Shown here piece after piece: positions 9,836 to 18,836 of a stretch of DNA of 32,812 nucleotides. Every line of letters begins with the position of its first letter. Positions within the stretch are counted from its first letter, which is position 1. The DNA is from Propionibacteriaceae bacterium. GTDB taxonomy: Bacteria > Actinomycetota > Actinomycetes > Propionibacteriales > Propionibacteriaceae. The position numbers and the translations under genes were made by a program. Below the pieces are notes generated by a model. The model did not search any database, was not told the origin of the DNA, and saw only the letters and a list, made by a program, of their open reading frames with translations. The stretch covers positions 1 to 32,812 of the forward strand of contig JAICEV010000001.1 of NCBI GenBank assembly GCA_025923975.1, written 5' to 3'.

Positions 9836-10957
9836 ATGAAACGTTCGGAGGCGCTGGCGTACCGCATCCATGAGCAGCAGCTTGACCGAGCAGAAGCCCC
9901 ACGACCGATCACCGATGCTGCGGTCTTCGACTTTGGCGTCCAGGACACGGGGCGGGACGGTGCCAGTTGGGCGCTCGTCAATCGCGGCGTTCCGCTTCGT
10001 GACGCAGCAGGGCTCGAAAGGAGCGCAGATGTGGCGTTGGTGTGGACGCTGCGGGCCGCTCCGCACTACTACCGGAGGACCGATCTGCCCGAGATTCTTG
10101 TCGCCACGTCTCCGCTGTCCGACAAGGATGCGGCCAAGCGGGTGGTCGGGGCGGATAAGCCGCTCAGGGAGGCCGCCATTGGCACCCTCGACGGCTTGAC
10201 CGAGGTAGCCACGCAGATGCGCCACGTCGTCACCCGCCCGCTGATCAAGGGTGAGGTATCGACCCAGCTCACGGCGCGCCTGGATTCTCCCTACCTTCGG
10301 TACTGCGGGGCTTGCAAAGCAACGCACTCATGGGAAGTGCCTTTCCGCATCGGTGCCTTGTACGCCGGCCTCGAACTGGAGCCGGGTACCTCGCCGCCGG
10401 TACTGCGACCCATTCCACGCTGGCCGAAACGCAAGCCAGGACCGGCGCTCGACCCATTGGCCGCGCCCCAGTCACTGCAACCGATCCGGAACTACCTCAG
10501 ATTCCTCGGCCCCGCGACGCCGAACGATGTCGCGGCGTTTCTCGACTCGCCCGTTGCCGAGGTCAAGGCGCGTTGGCCGGAGGACGCGGTCGAGGTCAGC
10601 GTCGATGGCCGTCGGGGTTGGATGCTGGGGGAGCAGGGGGACATCGAGCAGGATCCGGAACTGCTGCGACTGCTGGGCGGATTTGACCTATTTCTGCAGG
10701 GCAAGGATCGAGATCTCATCGTGCCGGATGGCAGCAAGCACAAGGAGCTTTGGCCGGTTCTCGGCCGACCTGGAGCTGTGCTGGTGGGTACCGAGATTGT
10801 CGGCACCTGGCGCCCAAAGACGGCCAGCGGTGAGTTCACGCTACGGCTATCCCCTTGGACTACTCTTTCGAAGCGGATCCGCAGCCAGCTGGAGATCGAA
10901 GCCGAGCGGCTGGCGGCGCATCGGGGACTCGAATTCGCCGGCATCGTCGAGGAGTGA
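9836..10957 (+). CDS. HTH_42 winged-helix protein, AlkZ/YcaQ-like DNA (crosslink) glycosylase family
   Basis: GVQD, WTLRAAPH, YLRFLGPATPNDVAAF, LRLLGGFDLFL, PGAVLVGTEIVGTWR and EAERLAA are typical HTH_42 motifs. AGGAGG RBS. Confidence 0.85.
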   Translation: MKRSEALAYRIHEQQLDRAEAPRPITDAAVFDFGVQDTGRDGASWALVNRGVPLRDAAGLERSADVALVWTLRAAPHYYRRTDLPEILVATSPLSDKDAAKRVVGADKPLREAAIGTLDGLTEVATQMRHVVTRPLIKGEVSTQLTARLDSPYLRYCGACKATHSWEVPFRIGALYAGLELEPGTSPPVLRPIPRWPKRKPGPALDPLAAPQSLQPIRNYLRFLGPATPNDVAAFLDSPVAEVKARWPEDAVEVSVDGRRGWMLGEQGDIEQDPELLRLLGGFDLFLQGKDRDLIVPDGSKHKELWPVLGRPGAVLVGTEIVGTWRPKTASGEFTLRLSPWTTLSKRIRSQLEIEAERLAAHRGLEFAGIVEE

Positions 10958-11117
10958 TGATATGGCCTGGTGTGCACTATGACAGCCCGGCCACTTCGCC
11001 AACTGCAGGGGCTCGCGGCCGAGCTACATACCAGGGCTTCGCAGCAAGCGAGCGACGAAGGAGGCGAATCGGGCGGACGGCCTGTCAGAGTGCACATCGA
11101 ACACCGCATACCCAGCC

Positions 11118-11699
11118 ATGTCGAGTAAGCCCGAGTCGGGAGAGGCTGAGGTGATCGCGTTTCGCGACGCCGCCGAATTTGAAGCATGGCTCGCTCAGCA
11201 CGTCGACCACCGCGCCGGGGTGTGGCTCAAGATCGCGAAGAAGGGGTCCGGCGTTGCCTCGCTGACCGATGACGAGGCGGTTGACGTCGGCTTGTGCTAC
11301 GGCTGGATCTCGGGTCAGCGTAAGGCGCTCGATGAGGTCTACTACCTGCAAAAGTACGTTCCCCGTCGGCCGCGGAGTCGTTGGTCCCAGGTGAATGTGC
11401 GCAAGGTCTCCGAGCTCATGGCAGCGGGTCGAATGCGACCGCCTGGTCTTGCCGAGGTGGAGGCTGCCAAGGCAGACGGACGGTGGGATGCTGCCTACTC
11501 GTCCCAGAAGCAGGCCACAGTCCCGCCCGATCTTGCCGCCGCGTTGGCAGCCAGCCCGGTGTCGGCGTCGGCTTTCGAATCGCTCAGTAAAACCAAGCAA
11601 TATGCCGTGATCTTGGACATCGTGACGGCCCGTACTCCCAGCACCCGCGCTGCACATATCCGCAAGGCCGTAGCCGCTCTGGAAACACATGGGTGCTAA
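11118..11699 (+). CDS. YdeI/OmpD-associated (bacteriocin-protection, OmdA) family protein
   Basis: FEAWLAQH, GVWLKIAKK, LCYGWISG, PRRPRSRWSQVN, GRMRPPGLAEVEAAKADGRW, VPPDLAAAL. Confidence 0.9.
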   Translation: MSSKPESGEAEVIAFRDAAEFEAWLAQHVDHRAGVWLKIAKKGSGVASLTDDEAVDVGLCYGWISGQRKALDEVYYLQKYVPRRPRSRWSQVNVRKVSELMAAGRMRPPGLAEVEAAKADGRWDAAYSSQKQATVPPDLAAALAASPVSASAFESLSKTKQYAVILDIVTARTPSTRAAHIRKAVAALETHGC

Positions 11700-11714
11700 G
11701 GACTGAGCCGGTGC

Positions 11715-14150
11715 TCAACCTTCGGTCGGAAGCTCCCAGACCACCTCGTCCGGTGACTTGTCAGGGCGGAGGCCGCGCCACACAGGGTGGCGCAGTCGTC
11801 CTGGTTCGGTGAGCTCGCCGTAGGACACCTCGCCAACCAAAGACGGCTTGACCCAATGCGCATCGCGCGCATCTTCACGTGGTACATCCATGAACGGCGA
11901 AGTCTTGCGGCTCAGCTTCTCAAGCTTGGCCTGGATGTCATCGAGCTGGCGGTCGTTGAATCCTGATCCCACGCGACCGAGGTAGTGCAGCCCAGCCTCG
12001 GTGGGAATCCCCATGAGCAGCGATCCGACTCCGCCGCTCCGACGGCCCTGCCCTGGCCGCCAGCCGCCGATCACGACCTCCTGAGCCCGATGCAATTTGA
12101 TCTTGAGCCAAGTCTGGGTGCGCCGTCCCGGTTGATAGATCGAATTGCGGCGTTTGGCCACTACGCCTTCGAGCTGAAGGAGATGGGCTGTCTCCCGAGC
12201 CGCCTGCAGATCACCTTCGAAGATCGGCGGCACCTGGATCAGCGATCCCGGCTCCGGGCGTGCCACCTCCGCCAAGATCGCTCGGCGTTCCTCGTAGCTC
12301 TTCTTGATCAAAGATTGACCGTTCAGCTCCAGAATGTCGAACAGCATCAGCTGTGCCGGGTAGGCCTTGGCAGCCCGCTCGATATCAGCTGGCTTGGTGA
12401 GATTGATTCGATGCTGCAGCAGGCCAAAGTTGGGTCGTCCTGCGGCGTCCAGGACCACGACTTCACCGTCCAAGATTGCGGTCTGCACGTTGATCTTGGT
12501 GAGCTCCTGCGCCACCTCGAAGTAGGCGCCGGTATCATCTCTGCCCTTTCGACTCAGTAACTTGACGCGTCCACCGGCCAGGTAGGCGATAGCGCGTACG
12601 CCATCCCACTTCATCTCGAACGCCCAGCCGCTTTCATCGCCGAAGCGGGCGGCATCGACCAGGGTGGCCAGCATGGGCGGCACCTGCTCGGGAAAGTCGA
12701 TCTCCTGATCAGAGGTATGCCCATCGACAGGCTCAGGGCGCGGCTCCTTATCTTCGGGATCGGTTTCCATGAGATGCATCAGCCAGTTCTTCTCCGGTTG
12801 GGAGTCCCCGGAGCCGGTGTGGATCAGGGCGAATTTGCGAACGCCGCCGAGGCCACCGCCCGGCTGACCGAAGAGCGTGACAATCACCTCCTTGCCCTCC
12901 CGCCACTTGTGCAGGCGATAGGTCCCGGTGTCCCAGATCCGCATGCTGCCGGCGCCGTATTGGCCCTTTGGGATGCTGCCGTGGAAGGTCAGGTACTCCA
13001 TCGGATGATCTTCGGTTCGCACCGCGAGATGGTTGATTTTCGGATCGGTCGGCGGTGCCTTGGGAACTGCCCAACTGGCCAGGACCCCCTCGTGCTCCAG
13101 CCGTACGTCGTAGTGCAGACGGCGCGCATGGTGTTCCTGAATGACGAATCTAAAGCCGTCTTGCTGTCCATCCGGTGCGCTGGCGGGCACTGGCTCTGGC
13201 GTCTTCGCCGGATCGCGCATGCTGCGGTATGTGGCGAGTCGATCAGACGCTGCGCGTGGAGCTAGCGGCGCCAGTAGGTCACCCAGTTCGGCGACTCTGG
13301 TGATCACTTCCTCGTACTCCAGCTGCCGCAGATCCGGATCCTCCAGCTCCTCCCAGGTACGCGGCGCGGCAACCATGGGCCGGTCGCGGCCACGTAGTGA
13401 GTAGGGCGAGACGGTGGTCTTGGCGCCGTTGTTTTGGCTCCAGTCGATGAACACCTTCCCCTCCCGCTCGGAGCGCTTCATGCTGCTGATCGCCAGATCG
13501 GGATGATCAGACTCCAGCGCCAGGGCGAGCTCGCGTGCTACCTGCGTGGCCTGCTCCGGCGTTTGCGAGCCGTCCAGCGGCGCATACAGGTGGATGCCTT
13601 TGCTCCCGCTGGTGACCGGTACCGGGTCATGTCCGATGTCGCGCAAGATGTCGCGCACCAGCGTTGCAATCCAGGCACATTCAGCAAGGCTCACTCCGGT
13701 ACCCGGATCAAGATCAAGGACCAGGCGGTCAGGATTCTGAGGCTTCCCGTCGGGCCCGAAGCGCCACTGTGGCACGTGAATTTCCAGGGCGGCCAGCTGC
13801 GCTAGCCAGGTGAGCGTCGCAAGATCATTGATCACCGGGTAATCGTTGTCGTGATCTTTGTGCGCGATGGTCCGGCGTGGTATCCAGTCCGGTGTGCCTG
13901 CCCCCAGGTCCTTGTTGAAGAAAACGGTCGGCCGTTTTCCTTTGGCTTCGCCGACGCCGTCGGGCCAGCGTTTCCGCGTCGCTGGCCGGTCACGCAGATG
14001 CGGCAGCATGGTCAGCCCAACCTGCGCGTAATACGACAGCACATCGGCCTTGGTGGTCTGGGTCTGCGGATAGAGCACCTTGTCCAGATTGCTGAGCTTG
14101 ATCGTCCGACCTTCGACGGTCACCACCTGATCGCGCGATGCCCTGCCCAT
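11715..14150 (-). CDS. ligD: Multifunctional NHEJ DNA ligase LigD (polymerase - phosphoesterase - ligase)
   Basis: POL: LSNLDKVLYP, DRLVLDLDP, SGSKGIH, FIDWSQN. PE: FVIQEHHARRLHYDVRLE, EDHPMEY. LIG: EMKWDGVR, EGVVAKR, WLKIK, LRHPVWRGLRPDK. Confidence 0.97.
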   Translation of the reverse strand: MGRASRDQVVTVEGRTIKLSNLDKVLYPQTQTTKADVLSYYAQVGLTMLPHLRDRPATRKRWPDGVGEAKGKRPTVFFNKDLGAGTPDWIPRRTIAHKDHDNDYPVINDLATLTWLAQLAALEIHVPQWRFGPDGKPQNPDRLVLDLDPGTGVSLAECAWIATLVRDILRDIGHDPVPVTSGSKGIHLYAPLDGSQTPEQATQVARELALALESDHPDLAISSMKRSEREGKVFIDWSQNNGAKTTVSPYSLRGRDRPMVAAPRTWEELEDPDLRQLEYEEVITRVAELGDLLAPLAPRAASDRLATYRSMRDPAKTPEPVPASAPDGQQDGFRFVIQEHHARRLHYDVRLEHEGVLASWAVPKAPPTDPKINHLAVRTEDHPMEYLTFHGSIPKGQYGAGSMRIWDTGTYRLHKWREGKEVIVTLFGQPGGGLGGVRKFALIHTGSGDSQPEKNWLMHLMETDPEDKEPRPEPVDGHTSDQEIDFPEQVPPMLATLVDAARFGDESGWAFEMKWDGVRAIAYLAGGRVKLLSRKGRDDTGAYFEVAQELTKINVQTAILDGEVVVLDAAGRPNFGLLQHRINLTKPADIERAAKAYPAQLMLFDILELNGQSLIKKSYEERRAILAEVARPEPGSLIQVPPIFEGDLQAARETAHLLQLEGVVAKRRNSIYQPGRRTQTWLKIKLHRAQEVVIGGWRPGQGRRSGGVGSLLMGIPTEAGLHYLGRVGSGFNDRQLDDIQAKLEKLSRKTSPFMDVPREDARDAHWVKPSLVGEVSYGELTEPGRLRHPVWRGLRPDKSPDEVVWELPTEG

Positions 14151-14199
14151 GGAGCCAGTATCGACTGCGCAATCTAGGCACCAAAACCCCTGTTGCCAC

Positions 14200-14224
14200 G
14201 ATTCCGATCAGCTGGAGTGGGTAG
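14200..14224 (+). promoter_or_regulatory. Possible SigB/SigF-type general-stress promoter GATT-N15-GGGTAG upstream of ku
   Basis: GGGTAG ends 9 nt before the ku ATG and there is no SD sequence. It resembles the actinobacterial SigF/SigB-like consensus GNNT-N14-17-GGGTA. Confidence 0.4.
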
Positions 14225-14233
14225 TACCAGAGC

Positions 14234-15187
14234 ATGCGAGCGCTCTGGAAGGGAGCCATCACCTTCGGCTTGGTCAACGTCCCGGTCAAGCTCTATGCGG
14301 CGACCGAGGACCACGACGTCGGGCTGCATCAGGTGCACGACGCCGACGGCGGACGGATCCGCTACGAGCGGCGATGTGAGGTGTGCGGAAAGGTAGTCGA
14401 GTACGCCCATATCGACAAGGCGTACGCGGACGGTAAGACCACCGTGGTTTTGACCGAGGACGACCTCAAATCGCTGCCGGAGGAGCGGAGCAAGGAGATT
14501 GAGGTCGTGGAGTTCGTGCCGTCCGAGCAAATCGATCCGATCATGTTCGACCGCAGCTATTTCCTGGAGCCGGAGAAGACGGCCACCAAGTCGTACGCCT
14601 TGCTTCGGCGAGCCCTGGAGGAGACCGATCGCACGGCGATCGTGCAGTTCTCGCTGCGCCAGAAGACCCGGCTGGGAGCCTTGCGGTCTCGTGGGAAGGT
14701 GCTAATGCTCCAGTCGCTGCTCTGGGACGACGAGGTCCGGGAGGCTGACTTCCCGAGCCTGAAGGACGATATGCGGGTGTCGCCGCAGGAACTCAAGATG
14801 GCATCGTCCCTGGTCGACAACATGGCCACCGATTTCGCCCCAGACAAATTCAGTGATGAGTACCAAGAACAGCTGCGGCAACTGATCGCCGCCAAGCTGG
14901 AGAAGGGCGACGCCTTGGACACTGCGGCCACTTTCGGTGAAAAAGCCGAAGAAGAGGCTGACCGTGGTGAGGTGGTTGACCTTATGGAGGCACTGCGGCG
15001 TAGCGTCGAACAGAACCGGGCCGCGAAGAAGGGGACAGAGACCAAGCCTGCAGCCAAGAAGGCTGGGGCGAAGAAGGCTCCGGCTAAGAAGACGCCGGCT
15101 AAGAAGGCCCCGGCCAAGAAGGCAGAGGTCAGGAAAACAGGGGCCAAAAAGGCGACCACAGCGAAATCAGCCAAGAAGGCCAGTTGA
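14234..15187 (+). CDS. ku: NHEJ DNA end-binding protein Ku with Lys/Ala-rich tail
   Basis: MRALWKGAITFGLVNVPVKLY, IDPIMFDRSYFLEP, VVDLMEALRRSV; divergent from ligD. Confidence 0.97.
   Translation: MRALWKGAITFGLVNVPVKLYAATEDHDVGLHQVHDADGGRIRYERRCEVCGKVVEYAHIDKAYADGKTTVVLTEDDLKSLPEERSKEIEVVEFVPSEQIDPIMFDRSYFLEPEKTATKSYALLRRALEETDRTAIVQFSLRQKTRLGALRSRGKVLMLQSLLWDDEVREADFPSLKDDMRVSPQELKMASSLVDNMATDFAPDKFSDEYQEQLRQLIAAKLEKGDALDTAATFGEKAEEEADRGEVVDLMEALRRSVEQNRAAKKGTETKPAAKKAGAKKAPAKKTPAKKAPAKKAEVRKTGAKKATTAKSAKKAS
15052..15125 (+). repeat. 15-nt degenerate tandem coding repeat (AKKAG/AKKAP/AKKTP/AKKAP/AKKA) in the Ku tail
   Basis: GCCAAGAAGGCTGGG GCGAAGAAGGCTCCG GCTAAGAAGACGCCG GCTAAGAAGGCCCCG GCCAAGAAGGCAG. 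Confidence 0.85.
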
Positions 15188-15225
15188 CCTCCTGACTCGG
15201 GGGACACATTAAGTAGGAGGAACAG

Positions 15226-15444
15226 ATGGGTATCGGAGTTGGCATCGTTTTGATTGTGATTGGCGCGATCCTGCTCTTTGCGCTCAACCTGGACATCCCG
15301 TTCGTGTCAGACGACACGCTCGGCATCATCTTCATCGTGGCGGGCGCCTTGGCGCTGATCCTGGCACTGGTGATGCAGGCACAGCGCAGCCGGACCCGGC
15401 ACGTCGAGGAACGGCGTTACGACGGATCCCCGCCGGTCGTCTGA
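15226..15444 (+). CDS. Small two-TM membrane protein (DUF6458-like)
   Basis: MGIGVGIVLIVIGAILLFAL...LGIIFIVAGALALILALV; strong AGGAGG RBS. Confidence 0.85.
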   Translation: MGIGVGIVLIVIGAILLFALNLDIPFVSDDTLGIIFIVAGALALILALVMQAQRSRTRHVEERRYDGSPPVV

Positions 15445-15449
15445 CCGCC

Positions 15450-15499
15450 GACTTGTCAGCGTCTGTGGCTGCTATAGCGACCACCGACGCTGACAAGTC
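15450..15499. repeat. 50-bp palindrome (REP/MITE-like copy 1), probably also a bidirectional terminator
   Basis: Perfect 14-bp arms GACTTGTCAGCGTC / GACGCTGACAAGTC, inner GTGG/CCAC and a GCTATAGC core, located between convergent genes. Confidence 0.85.
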
Positions 15500-15504
15500 T
15501 GTAT

Positions 15505-16410
15505 TCAGCCGGGGACACAGACGGTTAGCGCGCCGGGGCATATCTCGGCGCGCAGACTGCGGCAGTCTTCCATCACATCGCCATCGAGTTGATAAGGGTC
15601 TGGGTGATCGAGGCGGACCTCGACCCGCGTGGCCTGCCACTGGTCGACGTGGTCATCATTGCGCGGACGCCGAGTGATCAACCGGAGGAAAGCGCGTAGC
15701 CAGTGAGAGAGACGATGCGGCGATGCCACATAGACATCGAGCCTGCCGTCGTCAGGCTGAGCGCCCGGGAGCAGGGTGAGATTGCCGGCCAGTGTGCCGA
15801 CATTGCCAATTGCACAGATCATGGCATTCCGGCGACGCGGACGATGATTGTCGAGAGTGATCCGCATATTGATCGGCGTACGCCCCAGAGCCTTGGCGGC
15901 CGCTATGAAGTACGCCCCAGCACCGATTGTGTCCTTGAGTACGGGGCTGGTTTCATCCATGATCATGGCATCGACGCCTAAACCTGCTATGACAGCGAAG
16001 TGTTCGCCCGGCACACCGTCGACGGTGACCTTGATCAAATCGATGGTCCGGGTGCCATCCCCGAATGCGACCTCGAGAGCCTCCGTCTCTGAGAGCGGGA
16101 TGTCGAGGTTACGGGCCAGCAGGTTTGCAGTGCCCAGCGGGACCACGGCCATCGGGATGCCGGATTCTGCCAGCCGATCCGCAACAATCCGAACCGTCCC
16201 GTCTCCCCCTACTGCAATGACGCGATCCACCCCTGCCGAGACCACCTGCTCGGTGATCGCTGGGCCGGGATTTTCTGCCGGTGTCGCCAGCCAGATGGCG
16301 TCATCCCAGCCAGTCGCCGCGGCCTGCTGAGCGATCGCCGCGCGAAGATCATCAGATGCCTTGATCGGGTTGTAAACCACCGCGCAGCAACGCCCTGAGG
16401 GCCCATTCAC
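15505..16410 (-). CDS. Diacylglycerol/lipid kinase family protein (YegS/DgkB-like)
   Basis: VYNP, GGDGTV, PLGTANLLARNL, GLGVDA, DDGRLDV, QLDGD. AAAGGAG RBS precedes the GTG at 16410. Confidence 0.92.
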   Translation of the reverse strand: MNGPSGRCCAVVYNPIKASDDLRAAIAQQAAATGWDDAIWLATPAENPGPAITEQVVSAGVDRVIAVGGDGTVRIVADRLAESGIPMAVVPLGTANLLARNLDIPLSETEALEVAFGDGTRTIDLIKVTVDGVPGEHFAVIAGLGVDAMIMDETSPVLKDTIGAGAYFIAAAKALGRTPINMRITLDNHRPRRRNAMICAIGNVGTLAGNLTLLPGAQPDDGRLDVYVASPHRLSHWLRAFLRLITRRPRNDDHVDQWQATRVEVRLDHPDPYQLDGDVMEDCRSLRAEICPGALTVCVPG

Positions 16411-16730
16411 AAGGCGGCTCCTTTCGCTCGGCGGCCCAGGCCACGCGATCAATCGTTCGACAGATCAATACCCAACTCGGGTTGAGATATTGAGTGTCTC
16501 AGTCGAGCCTGTCGGCCCGGCTCCAAAGCCGGCTGCAAAAAGCGGCCGACACGCGGCGTGACGTCGCGTAGCCGTGATCGGCGTGCCATCTACGATGGTC
16601 CCGATCGCGCGATGGCGGCGTCAAGGCGTGGGATTTCTCGACGCTTCCGATACCGACACACCTGAGCCCGTTGTCGAGGAGGAGACTTTGCGCTCAGCGG
16701 AGAGAGATCTTGTTCTTGGGGGAGAATCCC

Positions 16731-18833
16731 GTGTCGGTAGAGGATGCTGCGGCGACTGTGTTCTCAGCCGGGGATGATGCAGCGGTCTCCCTCCTCCATA
16801 TGCGAGCGCAGGGTGTCAGTGTCCTGGTAGAGCTGAAGCCCACCAGGCTTCCGGTGATCTTGCACTGGGGTGCACATCTTGGTGATCTTGCCGGATTGCC
16901 TACGTCGACCGTACTCGCCGCATTCGGCCCGACCAGTCTCGATCAGATTCCCTCGATGATGTCCTCCGTACTGCCGGAATCCTCCGCTGGCTGGAGTTCG
17001 CGCGCAGCACTAACCGGGTCGCACGACGGCCACGTGTCCGCGGCTTCCTTCACCGTCAGCCGTTCCCGGCTGATCAGCGATACGCCGGTGCCGGCGGGTC
17101 TGACGGAAGTCGGCGCCGACACCGTGATCGTCGAGGCAGAGGATCCGGTCAACGGGCTGGCCCTGGATCTCGCCATCCAGCTCACAGACAACGGTCTGGT
17201 CCGGTGCCGCGCCGGCGTCACCAATAAGAATGTTACCGATTACCGGCTGGAGGGATTGGAGTTGTTTCTGCCGGTCAGCGACCTGGCCACACATCGAGTT
17301 GAGTTCGATGGGCCGGCGCTGTCGCCGGTCGCGTTGCGCTCTGGCTGCTGGTCTGTTGATCATGGAGGGTTCGACGACCGGCCTGCCCAGCTGGCACTGG
17401 CTGAGGCAGGGACCGGCTTCCGGCGCGGTCAGGCGTGGCAGGTACAGGTTGCATTCTCCGGAGCCGTCCGGCATCGGGTGGAGCGAACAGCCTATGGCAG
17501 GACGTATCTCGGGGGCGGTGAGCTGCTGCAAGCCGGTGAAATCGTGCTGGGCATCGGTGAGACGTACCACTCCCCTTGGACGGTGTGGAGCTGGGGTGAT
17601 GGGCTGGATGAGGCTGCCGCACGGCTACACCGGCATCTGCAGCCAGCAGCTCCACAGGACGACCGAGTGATCTTCAACGCCGCAGCACCGGCATTTGCCC
17701 GCCATGATCGACAGGCCATTCTGGCCCTCGCTGAGTACGCGGCGGCGGTCGGTGCCGAGACGTTCCTGGTGGACATCGCATGGTGCTCGCGCGCCGGCCT
17801 CGATCCGTACGCCGACAGCGCAGGCCTAACCGACACGGGGTCGTCGGCCGGTCTTGATGGACTATTGACGCGGATTCGTGATTTTGATCTTGAGATCGGG
17901 TTCGCCATCGAGCTAGATCTGGTCGACCCGGACTCCACTCTGGCTCGTGATCATCCGGAATGGCTGCTTACTGTTGACCGTGATGGCGTGACGCAGCACG
18001 TGCTGGACCTGTCGGTACGGCCGGCAATGGTCTATGTCTGGGAGCGACTGACCAAGTTGCTTGATCGCCACCACGTGTCCTTACTGAGCTGGTCTCTTGC
18101 TCATGGTGCGCACCGGCCAGGAGCTACGCCGACTCAGCACACCAGCACGCTCGCGGCCTATCGGCTGCTTGATGCGTTGCGTGAGCGCTACCCACAGCTC
18201 ACCATCCAAAGCACCAGCCTCGACCTGGCGATGGCCGGGCGAGCGGTCGGCGCCGATCCGGCTGCCGACTCGACGGCCCGGCACGCGGACTTCGCTGGCT
18301 TGGTGCAGTTGTTGCCGCCAGGACTGGTCTGGCAGTCGGCACTCGATGAGCCCGACGATGCAACCTCTTCGGCGTACCGAGCGCTCTCCGCTTTCTTTGG
18401 CAGGCTCAGTTTGGGAATCGATCTGCGGAGACAGCCTCCCGGCAACCTGCGGTCAATCCATCGATGGCTGACGCTCTACAAGAGATTCAGGGCGTTACTG
18501 CACTCCGGCATCACAGTACGGTCAGACCAGAGCGATCGTGGCTTTCTGGCCCACGGCGTGGTGGGCGAGGATCGCGACGAAGCGCTGTTCGCGCTGGTCT
18601 GGCTGGAAAGGACGCTGGCCAGCCGGCGGGTCCGCCTCGACGGCCTCGACGCAGTTACCTCATACCGGATCGAAGTGATCGGCCCACGCCCCGGCGACCC
18701 TCAGGCCGTGACACCCTCGTGGGCGTCAGGTGCTCCGGTGCTGACCGGCCGTGCGCTTGGCGCGGCTGGCATCCCGCTGCCGCCGGCGCGTCGCGGGTCG
18801 GCCATGCTGCTCCACCTCCAGTCAGTCGCCTAG
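16731..18833 (+). CDS. GH36 alpha-galactosidase homolog with degenerate active-site motifs (probable pseudoenzyme)
   Basis: GH36 architecture (ILHWGAHL, GGELLQAGEIVL, GETYHSPW, DPDSTLARDHPEWLL, QHVLDLS, YKRFRALLHSG, RVRLDGLD..YRI), but the catalytic motifs are altered (see findings). GGAG RBS before GTG 16731. Confidence 0.8.
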   Translation: MSVEDAAATVFSAGDDAAVSLLHMRAQGVSVLVELKPTRLPVILHWGAHLGDLAGLPTSTVLAAFGPTSLDQIPSMMSSVLPESSAGWSSRAALTGSHDGHVSAASFTVSRSRLISDTPVPAGLTEVGADTVIVEAEDPVNGLALDLAIQLTDNGLVRCRAGVTNKNVTDYRLEGLELFLPVSDLATHRVEFDGPALSPVALRSGCWSVDHGGFDDRPAQLALAEAGTGFRRGQAWQVQVAFSGAVRHRVERTAYGRTYLGGGELLQAGEIVLGIGETYHSPWTVWSWGDGLDEAAARLHRHLQPAAPQDDRVIFNAAAPAFARHDRQAILALAEYAAAVGAETFLVDIAWCSRAGLDPYADSAGLTDTGSSAGLDGLLTRIRDFDLEIGFAIELDLVDPDSTLARDHPEWLLTVDRDGVTQHVLDLSVRPAMVYVWERLTKLLDRHHVSLLSWSLAHGAHRPGATPTQHTSTLAAYRLLDALRERYPQLTIQSTSLDLAMAGRAVGADPAADSTARHADFAGLVQLLPPGLVWQSALDEPDDATSSAYRALSAFFGRLSLGIDLRRQPPGNLRSIHRWLTLYKRFRALLHSGITVRSDQSDRGFLAHGVVGEDRDEALFALVWLERTLASRRVRLDGLDAVTSYRIEVIGPRPGDPQAVTPSWASGAPVLTGRALGAAGIPLPPARRGSAMLLHLQSVA

Positions 18834-18836
18834 CTC

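Noticed and set aside
11040-11075. GCAAGCGAGCGACGAAGGAGGCGAA purine-rich motif reminiscent of REP-like remnants (a similar tract lies near 29255-29297)
   Set aside because: No clear flanking stem and no exact second copy; too weak to call.
15052-15125. Tandem repeats as a possible CRISPR array or VNTR
   Set aside because: In-frame PAKKA-type coding repeats without spacers, a known feature of actinobacterial Ku tails.
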